NCBI GenBank assembly: GCA_036001465.1 | Contig: DASYUH010000014.1 | Coordinates: 40,871-104,870 of the forward strand | DNA: 64,000 nt | Direction of reading: 5' to 3' | DNA from: Candidatus Polarisedimenticolia bacterium | GTDB lineage: Bacteria; Acidobacteriota; Polarisedimenticolia; Gp22-AA2 | In this document: piece after piece, positions 44,913-53,995 of the stretch | How the letters are laid out: each line of letters opens with the position of its first letter | How positions within the stretch are numbered: the stretch's first letter is position 1 | Notes under the pieces: generated by a model | The model's database searches: none | The model's input: the letters and a program-made list of their open reading frames with translations, nothing else | Told to the model about the DNA's origin: nothing | Translations under genes and position numbers: made by a program

Positions 44913-47579
44913 ATGCGACCGATCGCGGCCCTCCTCCGGATGTTCCGGGGCCGGCGGGACGGCGGGCCGGACGCCGACCTCGACGCCGAACTGCAATTCC
45001 ACGTCCAGCAGCAGCTGGAGGCGCACTGCCGCGCCGGCCTGGGTCCGGACGAAGCGCGCCGTCGGGCCCTGATCGATCTGGGCGGCCTCGAGCCGGTCAA
45101 GGAGGCCTGCCGTCACGAGCGCCGCGGGGCCTTCGTGGCGACACTCTGGCAGGACGCGCGCTACGGGGCGCGCCTGCTGCGGCGGACCCCCGCGTTCACC
45201 GTGTCGGCGCTGGCGACGCTCGCCCTCGGCCTCGGGGCCGGCACCGTGCTCTTCAGCCTGACCGACGCGGCCCTCCTCAAGCCGCTGCCCTATGACAATC
45301 CGCAGCAGCTGGTGCAAGTGTGGGACACCAACCGTGAGCTCTCGATCCCGCGCATCGGCGTCACCACCGGCAACGTCGTGGACTGGCGCCGCCGGACCCG
45401 CACCCTTTCGGGCGTGGCGGCCTGGTACGTGATGGGGCGCACGCTGCGCGCCGACAACGACGCGGTGGTGATCCCGACCGCGATGGTGAGCGCCGATTTC
45501 TTTCCGGTATTCGTCGCTCCGGCGGGGCGCGGCCGCACGTTCACGACCGAAGAGACCGAGCGGTCCCTGTTCAATAGCGCCGCGGCCCCCGTGGGCACCG
45601 ACCCGGTCGTGGTCATCAGCGATCGCCTGTGGCGCGGCCGCTTCCAGAGCGACCCGAACATCCTGGGTCGGAGCCTGTCGCTCGAGCGGCAGGAATTCCG
45701 CGTCGTCGGAGTGATGGGGCCGGCGTTCGCCATGCCGTCCGAGAGCATCGACCTCTGGATCCCGTGGGGGCTTTCCGACGATCAGCCGCGCGACCAGCAC
45801 TACGTGCAGTCGGTGGCGCGCCTGAAGCCCGGGGTCACCCTGGCCGAGGCGCAGAGCGACCTCGAATCCGTGGCGGCCGGGCTCGAGCGCGAGTACCCCG
45901 ACACCAACCGCGGCTGGCGCCCCGTCCTCGTCCCTCTGCACCAAGAGATCGCCGGCGATGCGCGGCGCGTCCTCGTGGTGCTGCTCGCCGGCGTGGGGCT
46001 GCTGCTCCTGGTCGGCTGCGCCAATCTCGCGGGGCTGCAGCTCGTGCGCGCCACCGCGCGGGGGCGCGAGACGTCGCTGCGGCTGGCGCTCGGGGCCTCG
46101 CGGGCGCGTCTGGTGCGCCAGCACCTGACGGAGAGCGGGCTCCTGACGTTTCTCGGCAGCGGGCTCGGATTCGTGGTCGCCGCCGTGGCTCTCGGCGCCG
46201 CCAGGCACTGGGGGGCGGAGAGCATCCCGCGGCTGTCGGAGGCGGCGCTCGACCTGCGCGTCCTGGCCTTCGCCCTTCTGGTCGCCACGCTGGCGGGGCT
46301 GGCGCTGGGCGTCGCTCCGGCGCTGGCCGGCGTGAGCGCCGCCCTCCCCGTCCGGCTGCACGAGACGACCCGCGCCACCGCCGGTCCGGGTCCGCGAAAA
46401 TGGCGTTCGGCGTTCGCGGCGGCGCAGGTGATGGCCGCGTTCGTCCTCCTCGCCGGCGCGGGGCTCCTGGTGCGGAGCTACACGCGCCTGCTGGCGCGCG
46501 ATCCGGGCTTCGACCCCGGGCGCGTCCTGGTGATGCCGATTTTCCTCGACACTCGCCAGTACAACTCCGCCGCCAGGACGCGCTCCTACTACGGCGAGCT
46601 CGAGCGGCGCCTCGCGGCGCTGCCCGGAGTCGAGGCGGTGGGCGGCGCGACGGCGCTCCCGACGAGCCCGCTCGGGCCCGATTTCGAGCGGCCTGTCTGG
46701 GACGCCGCGCTGGCGCGCGATCCGGCGAGCGTGCGGCAGGCGGACGTGCGGATAGCCACACCGGGCTACTTCGACACGCTGCGCATCCGGGTGCTGCGCG
46801 GCCGCGGGTTCACGGCGCAGGACTCGCCCGATTCGCCCTTAGTCCTCGTGATCAACGAGAGCCTGGCGCGCCAGGTCTGGCCGGGCCAGGACCCGGTGGG
46901 GCGCCGCCTGTCCGTCGACTACAGCACGGCGGGAACCTATCCTTACGAGGTCGTGGGCGTCGTGGGGGACGTCCGCTTCCGCGGCCTGCGCAGCGAGCCA
47001 CGGCCGGAGATCTACCTGCCGCACGCGCAGCGCTCCTACCTGGTGCTGAACTTCGCGGTGCGCACGACGGGCGAGCCCGAGGCGATGATCCCCGCCGTCC
47101 GCCAGGCTCTGCGGGAGGTCGATCCGTTGCAGCCGGCCCACAGCATCACGCCGCTCGGGGATCTCGTCAGGTCGACGGTCAAGCGGGAGCGTTTCGCGAT
47201 GGACGTCGTCCTGGCCTTCGCCCTCACCGCCCTTCTCCTGGCGATCATCGGCCTGTACGGGGTTCTGTCATACAGCGTCCGGCAGCGCACCCAGGAGATC
47301 GGGCTCCGCCTGGCGATCGGCGCGCAACGCCGCCACATCCTGGGCACCGTCCTCGCGGAGGGGGCGCGCATCGTGGTGCCCGGGATGGTCCTCGGACTGG
47401 CGGTATCGCTGGCCGTCATGGGCGCGCTCGGCGGCTTGTTGTTCGGCGTCGGGGCGCACGATCCGCCGACGCTGGCCGCGGTGGCGGTCGTGCTGGCCCT
47501 CACCGGCTTCGTCGCGACCTACCTGCCGGCCCGTCGAGCGGCGCGCGTCGACCCGCTCGCCGCCCTGCGCCACGAGTAG
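44913..47579 (+). CDS. Duplicated FtsX/MacB-type permease (acidobacterial duplicated orphan permease, ADOP)
   Basis: 888 aa; N-terminal cytosolic prefix, then two MacB-like periplasmic domain + FtsX 4-TM modules; 1 nt after PadR stop. Confidence 0.85.
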   Translation: MRPIAALLRMFRGRRDGGPDADLDAELQFHVQQQLEAHCRAGLGPDEARRRALIDLGGLEPVKEACRHERRGAFVATLWQDARYGARLLRRTPAFTVSALATLALGLGAGTVLFSLTDAALLKPLPYDNPQQLVQVWDTNRELSIPRIGVTTGNVVDWRRRTRTLSGVAAWYVMGRTLRADNDAVVIPTAMVSADFFPVFVAPAGRGRTFTTEETERSLFNSAAAPVGTDPVVVISDRLWRGRFQSDPNILGRSLSLERQEFRVVGVMGPAFAMPSESIDLWIPWGLSDDQPRDQHYVQSVARLKPGVTLAEAQSDLESVAAGLEREYPDTNRGWRPVLVPLHQEIAGDARRVLVVLLAGVGLLLLVGCANLAGLQLVRATARGRETSLRLALGASRARLVRQHLTESGLLTFLGSGLGFVVAAVALGAARHWGAESIPRLSEAALDLRVLAFALLVATLAGLALGVAPALAGVSAALPVRLHETTRATAGPGPRKWRSAFAAAQVMAAFVLLAGAGLLVRSYTRLLARDPGFDPGRVLVMPIFLDTRQYNSAARTRSYYGELERRLAALPGVEAVGGATALPTSPLGPDFERPVWDAALARDPASVRQADVRIATPGYFDTLRIRVLRGRGFTAQDSPDSPLVLVINESLARQVWPGQDPVGRRLSVDYSTAGTYPYEVVGVVGDVRFRGLRSEPRPEIYLPHAQRSYLVLNFAVRTTGEPEAMIPAVRQALREVDPLQPAHSITPLGDLVRSTVKRERFAMDVVLAFALTALLLAIIGLYGVLSYSVRQRTQEIGLRLAIGAQRRHILGTVLAEGARIVVPGMVLGLAVSLAVMGALGGLLFGVGAHDPPTLAAVAVVLALTGFVATYLPARRAARVDPLAALRHE

Positions 47580-47689
47580 GCGGCGCGGCCGCCGCCTCGA
47601 GGGTTTCCTTCCGCGCGGGCCGGGTGTAGGATCCGGCGTACCACAAATCACATCCCCTGCCCCGGTCCTGCAGGAAGGAGGAGGTTTCC

Positions 47690-48181
47690 ATGGCAAAAAC
47701 CGTCAAGCCGGTCCCCGACGGATACCACACCGTCACTCCGTACCTGGTGGTGAAGGACGCGAAGCGCGCCCTCGAGTACTATGGGAAGGCGTTCGGCGCC
47801 GAGACCAAGTTGAGCATGCCGACTCCCGACGGCCGGATCATGCATGCCGAGGTCCGGATCGGCAGCTCGATGGTCTTCGTGACCGATGAGAATCCCGAGA
47901 TGGCGCCGAAGGTCAAGGCGCCGGCGTCCACGGGCGGCGTCGTGACAGGCTCGATCTTCCTCTACGTGCCCGACGTGGACGCGGTCTTCAAGCGGGCCGT
48001 CGACGCCGGCGCGAGCGTGATCATGCCGGTGACCGACATGTTCTGGGGCGATCGCTTCGGAAAGATCGTCGATCCCTTCGGGCAGCATTGGGGCATCGCC
48101 ACCCACACCGAGGACGTGCCACCCCAGGAGATGGAAAAGCGCAGCGCCGAGTTCATCAAGAAGATGGCGCAGCCGAAGTAG
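47690..48181 (+). CDS. VOC/glyoxalase-family protein (PhnB-like)
   Basis: 163 aa with two βαβββ modules (VTPYLVVKDAKRALEYY... / GSIFLYVPDVDAVFKRAV). Confidence 0.65.
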   Translation: MAKTVKPVPDGYHTVTPYLVVKDAKRALEYYGKAFGAETKLSMPTPDGRIMHAEVRIGSSMVFVTDENPEMAPKVKAPASTGGVVTGSIFLYVPDVDAVFKRAVDAGASVIMPVTDMFWGDRFGKIVDPFGQHWGIATHTEDVPPQEMEKRSAEFIKKMAQPK

Positions 48182-48247
48182 GCCGCGCCGGGTCGGGGGC
48201 CCGATCGACGCAGCGCCTTGACCCCCGCGTGGGCCGGCACCATAATC

Positions 48248-48285
48248 GCCGCCGGGCGTGAGGATGCGCCCGGCGGCGTTTTTTC
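48248..48285 (+). terminator. Intrinsic terminator (11-bp GC stem GCCGCCGGGCG...CGCCCGGCGGC + GTTTTTT), overlapping a TTGACC-17-CATAAT promoter-like pair
   Basis: Hairpin at 48248-48277 followed by T6. Promoter-like hexamers at 48218-23 and 48241-46, immediately before it. The acd start is at 48306. Confidence 0.6.
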
Positions 48286-48305
48286 ACGCGAGAAACGAGG
48301 GGCTC

Positions 48306-49451
48306 ATGATCGATTTCGCCCTGACCGACGAGCAGAAGCAGCTGCGGGACCTGGCGCGCGAGTTCGCCGAGAAGGAGATCCGCCCGCAGGCGGCGCACCA
48401 CGATCAGACCGGCGAGTTCCCGCGCGCGATCTGCAGTAAGGCGTGGGACCTGGGCCTCATGAACACGCACATCCCCGAAGAGTACGGCGGGCCCGGTCTG
48501 GGAGTCGTGGACGGCTGCCTCATCGCCGAGGAGGTCGCCGCGGGGTGCACCGGCATCGGCACGGCGATGGAGGCCAATACCCTGGCCGAGGCGCCGGTCA
48601 TCGTCGGCGGCTCGGACGAGCAGAAGAAGCGCTTCCTGACTCCCATGACGAAGGAGTTCAAGTTCGCCGCCTACTGCGTCACCGAGCCGCAGGCCGGCTC
48701 CGACGTCCAGGGGATCAAGACGGTGGCGCGCAAGATGGGCGACGAGTACGTCCTGAAGGGATCGAAGATGTGGATCACCAATGGCAGCGTCGCCGACTGG
48801 TACTTCGTCGTCGCCTACACCGACCCCTCGCAGCGCTACAAGGGGATGAGCGCCTTCCTGGTGCCGGCCGGCACGCCGGGGATCGAGGTCGGCAAGAAGG
48901 AGCAGAACCTCGGACAGCGCGCCTCCGACACGCGCGCCATCACCTTCAACGACGTCAAGGTGCCGAAGGCGAACCTGGTGGGCCAGGAGGGAAAGGGGTT
49001 CTTCCTGGCGATGTCGGCCTTCGATCACAGCAGGCCGGTCGTGTCGGCGGCGGCCGTCGGCCTCGCCCGCTCGGCCATGGAGCACGCCGTCCGCTACGCC
49101 AACGAGCGCTCCGCCTTCGGCGTGCCGATCCACAAGCACCAGTCGGTCGCCTTCATGGTCGCCGACATGGCGATGAAGATCGAGGCGGCCCGGCTCCTGG
49201 TCTGGCAGTCGGCCTGGAAGATCGATCGCGGCGAGCGCAACACCAAGGAGGCCGCCTTCGCCAAGGCCTTCGCCGCCGACACGGCGATGGAGACCGCCCT
49301 GAACGCCGTGCAGGTGTTCGGCGGCTACGGCTTCTCGCGCGAGTACCCGGTCGAGAAGCTGATGCGCGACGCGAAGGTCTTCCAGATCTACGAGGGGACC
49401 TCGCAGATCCAGCGCCTGATCATCGCCAAGGAGATCTTCGAGCGGGGCTGA
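48306..49451 (+). CDS. Acyl-CoA dehydrogenase (short/medium-chain type)
   Basis: ATG 48306 ([10 protein letters not shown]...); ACAD motifs ([10 protein letters not shown], catalytic-Glu region YEGTSQIQ). Confidence 0.85.
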   Translation: MIDFALTDEQKQLRDLAREFAEKEIRPQAAHHDQTGEFPRAICSKAWDLGLMNTHIPEEYGGPGLGVVDGCLIAEEVAAGCTGIGTAMEANTLAEAPVIVGGSDEQKKRFLTPMTKEFKFAAYCVTEPQAGSDVQGIKTVARKMGDEYVLKGSKMWITNGSVADWYFVVAYTDPSQRYKGMSAFLVPAGTPGIEVGKKEQNLGQRASDTRAITFNDVKVPKANLVGQEGKGFFLAMSAFDHSRPVVSAAAVGLARSAMEHAVRYANERSAFGVPIHKHQSVAFMVADMAMKIEAARLLVWQSAWKIDRGERNTKEAAFAKAFAADTAMETALNAVQVFGGYGFSREYPVEKLMRDAKVFQIYEGTSQIQRLIIAKEIFERG

Positions 49452-49473
49452 AGCCCACGATCCTCCCGCGCAT

Positions 49474-50694
49474 TCAGCGGGGAGGAGTCTCCACGAACCG
49501 CGCCTCGACGTCGAGGTAGACCGCGATCGGCCGCGGGTCGCCTCCGCCCGGCGCCGGCCGCGCGGCCGGCTTGAAGGAAAGGGCGAGGGCGGCCTCCACG
49601 GCGGCCGCGTCCAGATCGGCCTCGCCGCAGCCCGATTGCAGCGCGGCGTCGGCGACCTGGCCCGTCTCGTCGATGGTCAGCCGCAGACGCGGGCCCTTCG
49701 CCGGGGGCTTCCGGCCGGGCGGCAGGACGACGCGCGGGGCGGGGCGCGGCGGTGCGATCCCGTCCTGGAGCTCGACGGGCGCCCCTCCGCCCGGGGGCCG
49801 GGCGAGCCCCGAGCCGTCGCTGCCGATTTCGAAGCGGACCTTGCGCGGCTTCCCCGCGTAGGTGGCCGGCCGGAATCTCCAGCCGAGCGCCGCCTTTCGC
49901 AGGCGCGCGGCCCCTGGCGTGAAGACCTCGGGGAAACGGACGTCCAGGACCGCGCCGTCCTCCGCCACCGCCAGCTCAAGTCGCGACGTCTCGCCGGACG
50001 CGCGACCCCCCTGCGGCGCGGCGGGCTCGATCTCCGGCGGCTTCCACAGGAGGTTCCCGGGGTCGTAAGGCTTCGGCTTGCCGGGACCGGTGAGCACCTC
50101 GCCCGAGGCGCCCCCCGGCCGGCGGGACACGACCCCATCAGGGACCTTCCGTTTCTCCAGGCGGGCCGTGACCCTCACCGAATCGAGGGGATTGTCGTTG
50201 AGATCGCGCGGCAGATCGGCGATCCGACGGGCCACGTCGAGGCCGGCGACGACCTCGCCGAAGATCGTGTAACGGCCATCGAGACGCGGCAGGTCCTCGA
50301 GGGCGATGAAGAACTGGCAGGACCCGGAGTCGGGGTCGGCGTCCCGCGCCATGCCGACGGTCCCCGGACGGTAGTGCAGGGCCGTGCTGAACTCCGCCTT
50401 GAGCCTGAGGTCCCCCTCCCCCTCGCCGTCGTCCGAGCGGTCGGCGTTCTTCGAGTTCGGATCCCCTCCCTGGACGACGAAATGGGGGATGACCCTGTGG
50501 AACGTCGTCCCGTCGTAAAAGCCCCGGTGGATCAGATCGCGAACGTAGGCCGTGTGGCCGGGGGCGTCGCCATCGAGGAACCGCCAGACGATCTCGCCCT
50601 GCGGCGTCGTCAGGACGGCCACCTCCTCCGTCGAGGCATGGGCGGCGGTGGCGCCGCACGCCACGAGCATGCAGGCCGAAACGATCCAGCGCAT
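49474..50694 (-). CDS. Secreted cyclophilin-type peptidyl-prolyl isomerase fused to tandem TonB-C-terminal-like domains
   Basis: Internal ATG 50694 (signal peptide MRWIVSACMLVACGATAAHA); cyclophilin motifs FHRVIPHFVVQGGD, GTVGMAR; C-terminus has two TonB_C-like segments (LDVRFPEV...ALGWRFRPA and ALALSFKPA). Confidence 0.65.
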   Translation of the reverse strand: MRWIVSACMLVACGATAAHASTEEVAVLTTPQGEIVWRFLDGDAPGHTAYVRDLIHRGFYDGTTFHRVIPHFVVQGGDPNSKNADRSDDGEGEGDLRLKAEFSTALHYRPGTVGMARDADPDSGSCQFFIALEDLPRLDGRYTIFGEVVAGLDVARRIADLPRDLNDNPLDSVRVTARLEKRKVPDGVVSRRPGGASGEVLTGPGKPKPYDPGNLLWKPPEIEPAAPQGGRASGETSRLELAVAEDGAVLDVRFPEVFTPGAARLRKAALGWRFRPATYAGKPRKVRFEIGSDGSGLARPPGGGAPVELQDGIAPPRPAPRVVLPPGRKPPAKGPRLRLTIDETGQVADAALQSGCGEADLDAAAVEAALALSFKPAARPAPGGGDPRPIAVYLDVEARFVETPPR

Positions 50695-50744
50695 CCTCGC
50701 CCCCGAGGGCTCGACGCGGCGACGCGAGCAGGAGCTCCAGGTGA

Positions 50745-51362
50745 TCAGGAATTCAGCGCTTCGTGGACTTTGCCGACCATCTTGGCGCCGGGGTTCACCA
50801 AGGTCTTGTCCCCGTCGTCCTTCCACTTGGACGGGCAGACCTCGTTGGCCTTGCGGGCCATGTAGATGTTGGCCTTGAACTTCCGCATCAGCTCGTCGAT
50901 GTTGCGGCCGAGGTTGTAGAAGTTCACCTCCGCATTCAGGAGCTTCCCCTCGGGATTGATGATGAAGGTCCCGCGCAGGTTCAGCCCGGTCGCCTCGTCG
51001 TAGACCCCGAACATCCGGCCGATCCTGCCCGTCGGATCGGAGGCCATCGGATAACGGACTCCGGCCAGCTCTTTCTCGCTCTTCTTCCAGGCCAGGTGGA
51101 CGAACTTGGTGTCGGCGCTGACCGTGATGATGTCGCACCCCATCTTCACGAACCGCTCGTGCTGCTCTGCCAGAGCAGCGAATTCGGTCGCTCAGACGAA
51201 GGTGAAATCGGCGGGGTAGAAGAACAGGACCGTCCATCGCTTCGCGGCGATCTGGTCCTGCAGGCGGACCTTGCCGAAGTCATCCTTGGCGGGATCGTAG
51301 GTTTCGAGCTCGAACTCCGGGACGACCTGTCCCAGCTTCAGCGGGCTGATCGCTTCCGACAT
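50745..51362 (-). CDS. Typical 2-Cys peroxiredoxin with in-frame UGA at the peroxidatic-Cys position (putative selenocysteine peroxiredoxin, PrxU-like; alternatively a nonsense pseudogene)
   Basis: Manual translation from ATG 51362 (RBS GGAGG): MSEAISPLKLGQVVPEFELETYDPAKDDFGKVRLQDQIAAKRWTVLFFYPADFTFV-[TGA at 51195..51193]-ATEFAALAEQHERFVKMGCDIITVSADTKFVHLAWKK...ANEVCPSKW. TGA replaces the C of the FTFVCPTE motif; the resolving Cys (EVCP) is present. Confidence 0.55.
51161..51179 (-). promoter_or_regulatory. SECIS-like hairpin (GCUGCUCU-GGC-AGAGCAGC) starting 12 nt 3' of the in-frame UGA
   Basis: Perfect 8-bp stem read directly from the sequence; position and size are compatible with a bacterial SECIS element. 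Confidence 0.45.
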
Positions 51363-51396
51363 GCGGCGTACCTCCGTGGGATGAATGAACGGCCGG

Positions 51397-52878
51397 TCAG
51401 GCCTCCGGCCAGTAGCGCTCGGTGACGATCTTGTCCTGCGTGAAGAAGTGGACGACCGCCCTGCCCTGCGCCTTGATGTCGGCGAACTGCGACGATTTCA
51501 TGCCGCCGAACGGCAGGTAGGCGACCGGGGCGGGGATGCCGACGTTGACGCCGACCATTCCCACCTGCGCCTCGAGCTTGAACTTGCGCGCGTAGTAGCC
51601 GTTCTGGGTGTAGATCGACGCGCCGTTGCCGTACTCGTGGTCGTTGACGATCCGGATGGCCTCGTCGAGGGTCGAGGCCGCGAGGATCACCTGCACCGGC
51701 CCGAAGATCTCGGTCCGGTGGATTGTCATGCCCGGCTTGACGCCGGTGAACACCGTCGTGCCGATGAAGTGCCCCTTCTCGCAACCGGGCACCTTGACGC
51801 CCCGGCCGTCGAGGGCGAGAGCCGCCCCCTCGCGGACGCCGGCGTCGATCATCTTGAGGATGAAATCCTTCGCCTTGGCGGAGATCACCGGCCCCATCAC
51901 CATCGCCTGGTCGGCGACCTTCGGGTCGAGCGGGTTGGCGACGATCACCTCGCGCGAGGCGCGCACGAACCGGTCGGCGACGTCGCGATAGGTCTTGTCG
52001 CCGACGCAGACGATGGCCGAGGAGGCCATGCAGCGCTGCCCGGCGCAGCCGTACCCCGAGGTGACCATGTTGCGGATGACGTCGTCCATCTTGGCGTCGG
52101 GCATCACCACGAGGTGGTTCTTGGCGCCCCCCATCGCCTGGAAGCGCTTGTTGTTCCGGGCGCAGGTCGAGGCGACGATGCGGGCCGTGGGGGTCGAGCC
52201 GACGACCGACACGCCGCGCACGTCGGGATGGGCCATGAAGGCCTCCGCCACGACGCGGTCGCCGTTCACCAGGTTGAACACGCCCTTCGGAAAGCCGCAG
52301 GCGTCGATGTAGCCGGCGAGCAGCTGCATGGTGACGGGGACCTGCTTCGAGGGCTTGACCACGTAAGTGTTTCCGCTCGCCAGCGCGTAGGGGACGAACC
52401 AGAAGGGGACCATGCCGGGGAAATTGAACGGCGCGATCATGGCGAACACGCCCATCGGCAGGCGGATCACCTCGCCGTCGATGCCCGGCGCGGCGCCGAC
52501 CAGCTTGTCCCCCTGCTGCATGACCGGCATGCCGCAGGCGGTCTCCACGTTCTCGAGCGTGCGGTCGACCTCGGCGCGGGCGTCGGGAAGCGACTTGCCG
52601 TTCTCCTCGGTGATCTGGCGCGCGATCGCCTCCCGGTTGTCGCGGATCATGGCCGCCAGGCGGAACAGGGGGGCCACGCGCTTGTCGACCGGTGTTGAGG
52701 CCCAGGCCGGAAACGCCTTGTGGGCGGCGGCGATGGCGGCGTCGGCGTCCGCCGCGCGGGACAGGGGGACCTGGGCGATGACGGCGCCGGTGGACGGGTT
52801 CTCGACGTCGAGCCAGTCGGGGCCGGACGGCTCGACCCACTCGCCGTTCACGTAGTTGCGCAGCTTCCGGACCGCCAT
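51397..52878 (-). CDS. mmsA: Methylmalonate-semialdehyde dehydrogenase (CoA-acylating)
   Basis: ALDH fold with the MMSDH-type catalytic region YGCAGQRCMASS; start placed at the internal MAVRKL (52878) to avoid overlap, ORF begins 52920. Confidence 0.75.
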   Translation of the reverse strand: MAVRKLRNYVNGEWVEPSGPDWLDVENPSTGAVIAQVPLSRAADADAAIAAAHKAFPAWASTPVDKRVAPLFRLAAMIRDNREAIARQITEENGKSLPDARAEVDRTLENVETACGMPVMQQGDKLVGAAPGIDGEVIRLPMGVFAMIAPFNFPGMVPFWFVPYALASGNTYVVKPSKQVPVTMQLLAGYIDACGFPKGVFNLVNGDRVVAEAFMAHPDVRGVSVVGSTPTARIVASTCARNNKRFQAMGGAKNHLVVMPDAKMDDVIRNMVTSGYGCAGQRCMASSAIVCVGDKTYRDVADRFVRASREVIVANPLDPKVADQAMVMGPVISAKAKDFILKMIDAGVREGAALALDGRGVKVPGCEKGHFIGTTVFTGVKPGMTIHRTEIFGPVQVILAASTLDEAIRIVNDHEYGNGASIYTQNGYYARKFKLEAQVGMVGVNVGIPAPVAYLPFGGMKSSQFADIKAQGRAVVHFFTQDKIVTERYWPEA

Positions 52879-52898
52879 GGCCGCCTCCCTTTCCGGGC

Positions 52899-53882
52899 TC
52901 ACTGCTGGATGAGAGGCCATTCTACAGCACCTGAAGCCTCCCGGCCCCCGCGGGCGCTCGAGGCGAGCATGCCACAGGCGGCGTGGATGTCCGGTCCGCC
53001 GGAGTAGCGCCTGACGAAGCCGATCCCCCTCCGGCCGAGGGCGGTCAGGAACGCCCCGCGCTCGGCGTCCCCGGCCCTCGGGAACGTCCCGGTCGGATCG
53101 TTCACGTCGATGATCGACAGCCGCACGGCGGCGCCCCGGAACAGGCGCGCCAGCTCCTCCGCCTCGTCCTCGCCGGTGTTGACGCCCGACATGAGGACCC
53201 AGGCCAGGTTGACCCGGTCCCCCGCCTTCGCGGCGTGCCGGCGCATGGCGGCGGCGAGCGCGGCCACGCCGTACCGCCGGCCCGAGGGGACGAGCCCCGC
53301 CCGCCTGTCGTCGAACGCCGAGGTCAGCGACAGGATCAGCCTGAACGGGTGCTCCTCGGCGGTGTAGCGCTCGATCATCGGCAGGATCCCGACCGTGGAG
53401 ATGGTGATGTTCCTTCCCCGGATCCGGCCGCCGCAGGGGTGCTGCAGGATCCGCGCCGCCTGGATGACCTGGTCGTAGTTCTGGAACGGCTCCCCCTGCC
53501 CCTGAAAGACGACGCTCGTGACCGGCCGCTCGGGGCCCTCGCGCCTGACCGTCAGCACCTGCTCGACGATCTCCCAGGCCTCGAGATCGCGCGTGAAGCC
53601 GAGCCGCCCGGTCTCGCAGAAGGCGCAGGCCAGGGCGCAGCCGGCCTGGCTCGAGACGCAGACGCTCCAGCGCGGCTGGAGCAGGGGGATCCGGACCGCC
53701 TCGAACGTCTCGCCGGCGGACCGGAACAGGTACTTGACGAAGGGGTCGACCGCGCTGCGGCGGCGGTCGAGGACCTCGAGCCGCGAGGTGCGGCTTCCTT
53801 GAAGGAGGGCGTCCCTGGCCGGCTTGGACAGGCCGCGTACGCCGTCCAGGTCGTCGCGGTCCTCGGCGACCAGGCGCGTCAC
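52899..53882 (-). CDS. rlmN: Radical-SAM 23S rRNA/tRNA adenine-C2 methyltransferase RlmN/Cfr family
   Basis: CxxxCxxC radical-SAM cluster (GCALACAFCETG), RlmN-type downstream Cys residues. Confidence 0.7.
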   Translation of the reverse strand: MTRLVAEDRDDLDGVRGLSKPARDALLQGSRTSRLEVLDRRRSAVDPFVKYLFRSAGETFEAVRIPLLQPRWSVCVSSQAGCALACAFCETGRLGFTRDLEAWEIVEQVLTVRREGPERPVTSVVFQGQGEPFQNYDQVIQAARILQHPCGGRIRGRNITISTVGILPMIERYTAEEHPFRLILSLTSAFDDRRAGLVPSGRRYGVAALAAAMRRHAAKAGDRVNLAWVLMSGVNTGEDEAEELARLFRGAAVRLSIIDVNDPTGTFPRAGDAERGAFLTALGRRGIGFVRRYSGGPDIHAACGMLASSARGGREASGAVEWPLIQQ

Positions 53883-53995
53883 GATCCGGTTGGCCAGGCC
53901 CGGGTTCAGGCCGAGGTCCGGCCGCGCGGCGGCGAGGGACTCGGGCGTGTGATTGCGCAGGTGATGGAGGGGGCGCGCGGGGGGGTTCGCCCCGA

